A DNA stretch of 29,101 nt from Crenalkalicoccus sp. Lineage in GTDB: Bacteria; Pseudomonadota; Alphaproteobacteria; Acetobacterales; Acetobacteraceae. The translations under genes and the position numbers were made by a program. Below the pieces are notes generated by a model. The model was not told the origin of the DNA and did no database searches. It saw only the letters and a list, made by a program, of their open reading frames with translations. Below are positions 1-6,726 of this stretch, one piece after another. The first letter of the stretch is position 1. Every line of letters begins with the position of its first letter. The stretch is from NCBI GenBank assembly GCA_035640795.1, contig DASQVL010000712.1, positions 1 through 29,101 of the forward strand, in the 5' to 3' direction.

Positions 1-254
1 TATGGGGGCCTGCATTCAGGTGCCGGAAAGCAGAGTGTCTTTGTGCCGTGCGCCCGGGGCTGCGCCCACTCGGCCTGATAAGAAGCTGAACCGGCTCGCA
101 AATTGCGGCACGAGAGACGCGGCGCGCGGATGGTGATGAGAAATCCGGGCCAGATGGAGAATATGCTGGCGAGTACGAGCGAAAGCCAGATCAGCAACGG
201 CCGCATCAGTAGAGAGAAGGAGACCTGTTCCGCAAGCCAGAAATATATCGCATA
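1..254 (-). CDS. Possible small hydrophobic/membrane protein running off the window start (start coordinate approximate)
   Basis: Open minus frame MPIYFWLAEQVSFSLLMRPLLIWLSLVLASIFSIWPGFLITIRAP... with no stop before position 1; hydrophobic N-terminus; family not recognised. Confidence 0.25.
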
Positions 255-269
255 GCTATACCATATTAC

Positions 270-495
270 CTACTTTGTACATATTTCCTGAGGTTCCTTC
301 GCTACATCAAAGGAAATCCGGTCTAGAATAACATCGTCCATCCCATTATTAAAGCCGAGATTATAACAAACTCTCCCCCATCGGTCATTTATCTTGTCCA
401 TAGCTTCAGCGACGGCATGAGTAGGGGAGGCAAACATCTCCAGCTGCTCGTCAGTGCTTGGTACAAGGTCATAGACGCTAACCGCCAGGGGTCGG
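270..495 (-). pseudogene. C-terminal remnant of a Y-family (DinB/UmuC-like) DNA polymerase
   Basis: LAVSVYDL...EQLEMF...AVAEAMDKINDRWG...MDDVILDRISF resembles the Y-family C-terminal tail (QL-LF clamp-binding-like motif, then MDxINxRWG). No start or catalytic domain; the rest of ORF 270..602 overlaps the hydrolase 3' end. Confidence 0.55.
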
Positions 496-522
496 TTCAA
501 TTGAAGAGATAGGGCGGTCGCA

Positions 523-1908
523 CTAGTGATTGCGGCTGGATTTAAGGTATAAGACAGCGTCGCCGGTGAAGGGCGGGGTGAACGATTGATCCCCGGGACC
601 ATTCACTGTGCCGGCTGATTGAGGTTGTCCGGTCGCGGGATTGAACCATTCCACTTCGTACGTTCCGGGCGCGAGTGTTACGGTAAACGCGCCGGCGGCG
701 GGTTGATAGATAAGGTATTCTGCTCCTGAATTGGCGAGGGCGTAACTGGTCGAGGAGAGATTACCTTGGGGAGCCATGGCGTTCAGATTCATTCTTTGAG
801 CGTAAGAGGCTGTGTAGCCCATGGCGATGCGGGCGTCATTCCTCTCAGAACCGCTCCAGTTATCTACTTCGTCATCCATAAAGATTGGATTGTTTCCGCG
901 GAGAAAATTTTTCCAGATCCAATCGCGGTTTCCGCCCATACCAAAAACATGATCGGTATCAACGATTATGACCTTTCGGCCGTCGGCGGCGGTCGGGTCG
1001 CTTTCGTAGTTCATGCCGCCTGCGGTGGCGGGCGAGATCCAGTCTGCCGGACTGTCGAGTAATTTGGTGTTGGAAGGACTGCTCCAGGGTTCGATAGAGG
1101 TCATGCCGACGGGGTGCTGTTTGGGTTTTGCGGCTTCGTAGTCTTTGATGGCATGGATCATCTCGTATTGCCAGTCGTAAGAGGCAGGAGTGTCTTCATT
1201 GGCGATTTCGTACAGGACGTTATCCAGGTCATTGACAGTGTCGATCACTTTGTGCACATAGTCTCTTTGGATGGCCAGGATTTCAGGAAGAGCGAGAGTG
1301 TGGGTCTCGGCGCCGGAGTTGTCGTTGTTGGGGTCGCCGTTGATGTTGTTGACATTGTTGTTGATATTAAAAGGGTGAACCGGCCACGGGTTGCCATATG
1401 AGTGGTCATACAAACTCCATCCATTAAAAAGCATTACGCTGACATAGATTCCTTTATTGCCGGCTTCTATAATCCGGGATCGCATGCGGTCAAAGTAGGC
1501 CTGATTAAGCTGGGTCAGGTTATATTTGCCAGAGCTGTCTCTGGCCCAAGGCATGGGATCATGTGTATCGGTATTTATACCGTTTTCGTTCATCCACATG
1601 CGCATAAAGGTGTGATGGCGCTGCCGCATGAAGGCGAGATACGCAGTATAGTCGGAAATGACTCCGTTCCTGTCTTGCAGGTTGGTCCAGGTATGGGAGC
1701 CGGTGAGATAGACGGCCTTTCCGGTTCCGTCGGTAAAATATCTCGGGTTGGCGGGGTTGACGCGGAGGGGGCCGGCTGCCGCGGCATTACTTCCTGTGTT
1801 CTGTTTGCGGATGATATTTGTAACGGCGCCTAAAATTACGAGAAGGAGCAGTCCAGTGGCAAAAAATGATGCTATGAAGCGCGCGGAGAAGGGTCTTGGG
1901 TTTTGCAT
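523..1908 (-). CDS. N-terminally membrane-anchored glycoside-hydrolase-like protein (DUF6298/DUF4038-type TIM barrel plus C-terminal beta-sandwich), 461 aa
   Basis: ATG at 1908 (MQNPRPF...). TM segment FIASFFATGLLLLVILGAV; GPLRVNPANPRYF..G.GKAVYLTGSHTW start; YEIANE clan GH-A-like acid/base motif; C-terminal YEVEWFNPATG...F.PPF.GDAVLYL domain. The first 44 aa of track ORF 523..2040 are IS66-derived. Confidence 0.8.
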   Translation of the reverse strand: MQNPRPFSARFIASFFATGLLLLVILGAVTNIIRKQNTGSNAAAAGPLRVNPANPRYFTDGTGKAVYLTGSHTWTNLQDRNGVISDYTAYLAFMRQRHHTFMRMWMNENGINTDTHDPMPWARDSSGKYNLTQLNQAYFDRMRSRIIEAGNKGIYVSVMLFNGWSLYDHSYGNPWPVHPFNINNNVNNINGDPNNDNSGAETHTLALPEILAIQRDYVHKVIDTVNDLDNVLYEIANEDTPASYDWQYEMIHAIKDYEAAKPKQHPVGMTSIEPWSSPSNTKLLDSPADWISPATAGGMNYESDPTAADGRKVIIVDTDHVFGMGGNRDWIWKNFLRGNNPIFMDDEVDNWSGSERNDARIAMGYTASYAQRMNLNAMAPQGNLSSTSYALANSGAEYLIYQPAAGAFTVTLAPGTYEVEWFNPATGQPQSAGTVNGPGDQSFTPPFTGDAVLYLKSSRNH

Positions 1909-2163
1909 AGCCTGGTCCGGGAAGTGCCGCGCTGATTGATTGGCGAGCCGCTCGATGAGTGGCCCGGCCGGGGCGCGCTCGCGCATGTAGGCCAGCGCCT
2001 CCGCATCGACCACGTAGTCCGCATGGCCGGCCCGCAGCAACTCGAGGAAGTTCAGCCGGCTCCGGCTCGGCGTGGCGGCGAACCAGGCGAAGTGGTCGTT
2101 GCCGATCTGCGTGCAGCTGCCGTTCGCGCCCCTGTGGCGGGCCCCGGTGTCATCGGCCGTGAT
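1909..2163 (-). mobile_element. tnpC: Internal fragment (85 codons) of an IS66-family transposase, no IS ends
   Basis: Translates ITADDTGARHRGANGSCTQIGNDHFAWFAATPSRSRLNFLELLRAGHADYVVDAEALAYMRERAPAGPLIERLANQSARHFPDQA, the IS66 TnpC DDTGARH/CTQIGND/SRLNFLELLRAG block. Confidence 0.85.
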
Positions 2164-2226
2164 CGGCGTTCCCGATCAGGACGAGGCAGCGGAGCGGACC
2201 GGTATCCGCGACAACGATGCCGGCAC
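2161..2226 (-). pseudogene. N-terminal stub of a DUF3368/PIN-domain protein, truncated by the IS66 fragment
   Basis: Reads GIVVADTGPLRCLVLIGNAD (PIN-type IVVADT motif) just after UPF0175; the GTG at 2226 is one base out of frame. Confidence 0.65.
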
Positions 2227-2230
2227 GGGG

Positions 2231-2493
2231 TCAGGCGCGGAAGGCGCGCAGGTCCTCGAGATCGCGCTGGATGTCCTCGAGCGTCACCGGCTTATGGACG
2301 CCACGCTCCTTGAGGAAGCCGTCGAGCTCGTAGCGGGTCTCGATGCCGAGGACCTGGCGCAGCTCGTAGCGGGTCAGGCGGCCGGCCCGGAACGCCCCCA
2401 GGGCGAAGCTTCCAGCGCCTCGCGCTCGAGGTCGGCGCCCGCGGCGGTCGGCCGTTCGGCGATCTCGTCGGGGATGCGGAGGGTGACGTTCAT
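2231..2493 (-). pseudogene. UPF0175-family protein (putative antitoxin), frameshifted
   Basis: MNVTLRIPDEIAERPTAAGADLEREALEA, then after a 1-nt shift near 2408 FALGAFRAGRLTRYELRQVLGIETRYELDGFLKERGVHKPVTLEDIQRDLEDLRAFRA*. The span is 263 nt, one short of a multiple of three. Confidence 0.75.
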
Positions 2494-2537
2494 GGCGGGC
2501 GGGACTCTACCCGGCCCGTCCGCGCCGGGGCAACGCG

Positions 2538-2569
2538 TTGCGCATGATAAGGGGCGTTATCATGCGCAA
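2538..2569. repeat. Perfect 13-6-13 inverted repeat, candidate tyrosine-recombinase or repressor site
   Basis: TTGCGCATGATAA-GGGGCG-TTATCATGCGCAA; AT-rich arms in GC-rich DNA; ATAA-N6-TTAT core as in dif/Xer-type sites. Confidence 0.7.
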
Positions 2570-2608
2570 GAATCATGGAAAGGGCCTCTTGTCTCCGAGC
2601 GCAAGTAA

Positions 2609-2975
2609 CTAACCGCCGACGAACGTGACCGTCTCGTCGAGCGGGGCGCGGCCCGTACGGACGTAACTCACCGTCGGGTCCTCGTACTCGATCGACATGC
2701 CGCAGAAGAGGATGAGCCCATCCGGGGGTGACAGGAACTCCGCGACCGTCTCGCGAACCTGCGACCACGCCATCTGCGTGCAACTGTGCAGCCCTTCGGC
2801 GCGGAGCAGCAGCATGACGGTCTGCAGATACATGCCGACATCGGCCCATTGGGGCCGGCCCAGGTCGCGGTCGATGTAGCAGAACAGGGCGGCGGGCGCG
2901 CCGAAACAGTTCCAGTTGGCGATGGCCGCCCGCTGGCGCGCCTCCCAGTCCTCGCGCGCAATGCCGAGCGCGCAC
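2609..2975 (-). pseudogene. 5'-truncated nitroreductase-family gene
   Basis: ALGIAREDWEARQRAAIANWNCFGAPAALFCYIDRDLG...DVGMYLQTVMLLLRAEGLHSC.Q.AW is the C-terminal half of a nitroreductase. The N-terminal SRRSVR/APS region is absent and the upstream frame is non-homologous. Confidence 0.75.
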
Positions 2976-3179
2976 AGGGGAGTTTGCAAGGTTCTGACCC
3001 TCGACCAGCGGCAACTTTGCAAAACCGAATACTTCCCAAGCGCCCGAGAACCGCAGAAAACCACCGCATTCAGCCTATTTCACGGCCGACTATCTACCGG
3101 GATGGGGCGGTGCGGACAGTGAAGAAGCCTGCTCATCAAGCTAGAGAACCAATCTTTAGTACAGTGGCTCTCATCAAGC

Positions 3180-3974
3180 CTATTTGGAGATTTCGTCCGG
3201 TTTGCGCTGACCTAAATAGGCACGGAAAATGCTGAGTTCCGTTTGGCAGGAAACACTGATGAACCCGACGGCCTTCAGGGCCCCAAGTATGGCATCTGGC
3301 GGCACACACGCTTCAATAGTGTCCCAGTAATACTGCATGAGCGTCCGTTCATGCCTTGCATGCAGCATGCGACTTAACCATGGCACGACGTGTCCTAAAT
3401 AAATCTTTAGCATGTTTTCCCCCATGCGATTTCCGGGCGCGGTGATCTCCATGATCAGCAGCCGACCTCCCGGCTTCAGTACCCGCAGAAACTCTGAAAA
3501 GACACGTTCTAGATCGGAGACGTGGCGTAGTGCATAGCCGATACTGACGAAGTCCACCGTTGCATCGCCGAGCGGGATCGCCTCGGCACGTGCCTGGACA
3601 AGACCGATGGAGAGCTGCCGCCTGGCCTGCGCCAGCATGCCCTCGCTCACGTCGAGCCCGATGACGTTACGCGGCTGGCCGGTGATGAAGCAGGCCTCCC
3701 GCGCGACCAAGCCGGTTCCGACGGCAACGTCCAGGACGCGGTCGCCAGGCTTCAGGCCCGCCGAAAGAAGGGCGCGCCGGCGATACCGCTGACCGGTCCC
3801 GAGGGAGAAAGCCGCGTTCAGTCGATCGTAGGACGCGGCGGTCCGATTGAAGAGCCGCCGGACGAATTGCTCCCGGCTTTCGCCATCCACCTGATAGCCC
3901 GGCAGCGGTCGATGTGGGGCACCCACCTGGTCACGCGGTTGTAACGCACTGGACAGGCGTTCATGGCGGGTCAT
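3180..3974 (-). CDS. Class I SAM-dependent methyltransferase (UbiE/MenG-like fold), 264 aa
   Basis: LF...A..YDR, VLDVAVGTG (motif I), GLDVSEGML, LRVLKPGGRLLI; RBS GAGAGG; divergent from the PKS operon. Confidence 0.9.
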   Translation of the reverse strand: MTRHERLSSALQPRDQVGAPHRPLPGYQVDGESREQFVRRLFNRTAASYDRLNAAFSLGTGQRYRRRALLSAGLKPGDRVLDVAVGTGLVAREACFITGQPRNVIGLDVSEGMLAQARRQLSIGLVQARAEAIPLGDATVDFVSIGYALRHVSDLERVFSEFLRVLKPGGRLLIMEITAPGNRMGENMLKIYLGHVVPWLSRMLHARHERTLMQYYWDTIEACVPPDAILGALKAVGFISVSCQTELSIFRAYLGQRKPDEISK

Positions 3975-4133
3975 AGCGGTCCTCTCATGCGGCGCGCGCC
4001 CCGGCAGCGCCGACGGACCAGTAGTCCCGTGACCCTGCCCCGGCCACCGCGCGAGGCGGGCGCCCCGGCACTGTTCGGACGGGGACCGGGTCGGTAAGGT
4101 CCGCCGCGGCTTCCATGGCGGCTAGGAGCGGGC

Positions 4134-5426
4134 ATGCGTCGATTGCGCCTCTTGGCGTCCCTCTGGTGTCTGTTGACTGCCGCCTGCGGTCCGGACGACT
4201 TCGATCAGCCCGGCAGCATCGACAACCGCGCCTACGCCTCGCTGTTTCCGTACTTTGCCGAATTCTGCGCCTTGTCGCAGATCAAGCAGAAGCAGGGCAT
4301 GGGCGCCGAGAGCCTGGGCGGGATCGGAGGACATGCGGTCTTTTACCTGAACGGGGCATGCCGTGCCGCCGAAGCCGGACAGACGACGATCCAGCTCTGC
4401 GACGAGCCGGGCGCGGAGCCGTCCGACGGCGTCGGCATCAGCATGAACGCGCATTTCCGCTTCGCGAAATGGGTGGCCACGCCCGGTCGCGATTTCTTCC
4501 TGCATGGCAATCTCGCCCTGGGGGCTCCACTCACGCGAGCCGACTACGATGCCGTGCAGGCCGAAGCCCGGCGGCTCGGCATCTATGACGGCGTCGAATT
4601 CCACGCCTCCGTCTTCGACGACATGCCGGCCGGAACCACGCGCGAAATCTGGAAGTACGAGGTGTCGGTCGGCACCGATTACGGCATCAGCCTCGGCCGC
4701 GGCCGGTTCTGCGCGCGGCTGCCGGTGAACCGCGAGCAGCTCGCCGCGATGATCGCGTACCTCAATGCCCAGAACGCACCGTACCGGGCGCGGGAGCGGG
4801 AGTTCGAGTGGAAGCTGGTGCAGGACAACTGCATTCACCTGGCCCATAACGCGCTCGCGGCTGCCGGCGTCTGGACGAAGTGGCCCACGGATCAGCCGCT
4901 GCTCCTGGCGGTCTTCGACTTCCCGGTCCCCCTCAACGAATTCGTCGCGCTGATGAGGAGGACTGACGATGCAGGGTTGCTCGACCTGCGAACCCTGCGC
5001 GCCGACACGCCGGCCAGCACGGCGCTCATCGAGTTCGATCAGTTGCCGCTGCGTCCGGGCGCCATCATGGAATCGCGCCCGCCGCAGTCGCCGAACGCAC
5101 TCTACGACACCGACGTGAAGCTCATCTTCTACGATGACCCGAACCTCGGTCGGTATCCGCGTTGGTTCCAGATGATCCGCGAGGATCCGGCCCGCTTCGA
5201 CCTGCACGCCAATCTGCGGCGAGTCCTAGAGCAGTACCGGAGCGCGATCGCCGCGCGGCGGTCGCTGTCGCCGCCGGAGGTCAGGCAGCGCGGCGGCGTT
5301 GGCGCCGGTGAGCAATCGGCCGCCTTCACCGAGACCGAGAAACGTCTCTACCGCCTCCTCGAGGCACGGGCTGACTGGATCGAGACGCAACTCGCCGACA
5401 TCACCATGAGCACGCCTCGACGCTGA
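4134..5426 (+). CDS. Uncharacterised lipoprotein, 430 aa, first gene of the PKS operon, with putative permuted papain-like His/Cys pair
   Basis: AGGAG RBS; signal peptide ending LTAAC (Cys18); GGH67AVFYL and EWKLVQDNC233IH motifs; stop abuts the next ATG (TGA-ATG at 5424-5429). Confidence 0.75.
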   Translation: MRRLRLLASLWCLLTAACGPDDFDQPGSIDNRAYASLFPYFAEFCALSQIKQKQGMGAESLGGIGGHAVFYLNGACRAAEAGQTTIQLCDEPGAEPSDGVGISMNAHFRFAKWVATPGRDFFLHGNLALGAPLTRADYDAVQAEARRLGIYDGVEFHASVFDDMPAGTTREIWKYEVSVGTDYGISLGRGRFCARLPVNREQLAAMIAYLNAQNAPYRAREREFEWKLVQDNCIHLAHNALAAAGVWTKWPTDQPLLLAVFDFPVPLNEFVALMRRTDDAGLLDLRTLRADTPASTALIEFDQLPLRPGAIMESRPPQSPNALYDTDVKLIFYDDPNLGRYPRWFQMIREDPARFDLHANLRRVLEQYRSAIAARRSLSPPEVRQRGGVGAGEQSAAFTETEKRLYRLLEARADWIETQLADITMSTPRR

Positions 5427-6182
5427 ATGCAGGCTTCCCGCACGCATCTCGTCCTGATCCCGACCTACAATACCGGAGCCGACCTGCTCCTGCGCACCGT
5501 ACGGGAGGCGCGCGACGTCTGGGCGCCGGTCTGGGTCGTCGTGGACGGCAGCACCGATGGGTCGGCCGCCGCGGTGACCGGGCTGGCGACGAGCGATGCG
5601 GATATCCGCCTGATCGAACTCGTGGAAAATCGCGGAAAGGGGGGAGCCGTCCTCGAAGGGCTTCGCGCCGCGGAGCGCGATGGCTTTACCCATGTCCTCG
5701 TGCTGGACGCCGACGGGCAGCATCCGACCGACCGGATCCGCGAGTTCATGACCCGCTCCTCGCGCGACCCGGACAGGATGATTCTGGGCGATCCCGTGTT
5801 CGGGCCCGACGCGCCGCGCGCGCGCGTGCTGGGCAGGCGGCTTTCGAATGTCCTCGTCGACCTGGAGACTCTGTGGGCCGGGGTGGGCGACTCGCTGTTC
5901 GGCTTCCGAGTTTATCCCTTGCGACCGCTGCTGGATATCATGTCGGAAACCAGATGGATGCGGCGCTACGATTTCGACGCGGAAGCTGTTGTCCGGCTTT
6001 TCTGGTTAGGCATTTTACCCGTGCGGGTCCGGGTTCCAGTGCGTTACTTGTCCATGGCTGAAGGGGGCGTCTCTCATTATCGCTATTTGCGGGACAACGC
6101 CCTGATAAGCTTCATGCATGCCCGACTGCTCCTTGCCTGGGCAGGTCGGCTGCCACGCCTGCTGCGACGCAGGCTTGGCTAG
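5427..6182 (+). CDS. Glycosyltransferase family 2 (aryl-polyene/xanthomonadin-cluster type), 251 aa
   Basis: LVLIPTYN, VVVDGSTDGS, NRGKGGAV, LDADGQH, GFRVYPL, RYDFDAE, GGVSHY motifs. Confidence 0.92.
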   Translation: MQASRTHLVLIPTYNTGADLLLRTVREARDVWAPVWVVVDGSTDGSAAAVTGLATSDADIRLIELVENRGKGGAVLEGLRAAERDGFTHVLVLDADGQHPTDRIREFMTRSSRDPDRMILGDPVFGPDAPRARVLGRRLSNVLVDLETLWAGVGDSLFGFRVYPLRPLLDIMSETRWMRRYDFDAEAVVRLFWLGILPVRVRVPVRYLSMAEGGVSHYRYLRDNALISFMHARLLLAWAGRLPRLLRRRLG

Positions 6183-6221
6183 AGCATTTTCCGTTCATAT
6201 GCGTTCACGGCAAATGCTCTA
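6180..6221. repeat. REP-like intergenic palindrome
   Basis: TAGAGCATTTTCCG ... CGGCAAATGCTCTA, 14-bp arms with one mismatch and a 14-nt loop, starting at the GT2 stop codon. Confidence 0.6.
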
Positions 6222-6414
6222 TCTCGTTGTTTGCAGAGCAGATTCACGCCTCCGGGCGATGCCGCCCTACGGCGATCTGCTCTAGGCATCGGTGCCGATT
6301 TCGCCCGCCGTAAAGCTCGGTTGCATCGGCCGCGGCGTCTGAGGCATACACGCGCCAAGAGTTGCAGCTGTGGCAGGAACAATGGAGAGGCGTTTGCCCA
6401 AATCGGCCCCGACT

Positions 6415-6726
6415 ATGGAACAATCGGCCGACGGTTCCGTCGGAAGCGACGACCGGCAAACTGCTGCGGAGAAGGTGCTCGCCGAGCTGATGGTGGAAAC
6501 GCTGCAACTCGACCTGGCGGCCGCCGATATCGACCCCGAGGCACCGCTATTCGGCGAGGGCCTGGGGCTGGACTCGATCGACGCCCTGGAACTCGCCCTG
6601 GCCGTGTCCCGCACCTATGGGGTCGACCTGCGATCGAGCGACGACCAGAACCGGCGCGTTTCCGCCTCGCTGCGAAGCCTCTCGGCCCACATCGAGGCCT
6701 CTCGCAAGGCTGCCCCGAAATTTTGA
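6415..6726 (+). CDS. Acyl carrier protein, XanC-like, 103 aa
   Basis: QTAAEKVLAELMVETLQL...IDPEAPLFGEGLGLDSIDALELALAVSRTYG...SLRSLSAHIEA; DS phosphopantetheine serine; closely resembles the xanthomonadin ACP as I recall it. Confidence 0.92.
   Translation: MEQSADGSVGSDDRQTAAEKVLAELMVETLQLDLAAADIDPEAPLFGEGLGLDSIDALELALAVSRTYGVDLRSSDDQNRRVSASLRSLSAHIEASRKAAPKF

Noticed and set aside
523-2040. 505-aa ORF taken as one natural protein
   Set aside because: The first 44 residues are IS66 transposase and the composition changes at 1908; there is no RBS evidence for TTG 2040. Treated as a junction, not a gene.
2609-3064. 151-aa ORF as an intact nitroreductase
   Set aside because: The first about 30 residues are non-homologous and the FMN-binding N-terminal motifs are missing.
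3132-3179. 10-bp direct repeat CTCATCAAGC at 3132 and 3170
   Set aside because: Only two short copies with 28 bp between; insufficient for a target-site duplication or array call.
6231-6722. N-terminal extension of the 613-aa ligase ORF over the ACP
   Set aside because: Arg/Pro-rich shadow translation overlapping a clear ACP gene; ligase homology starts near 6723.
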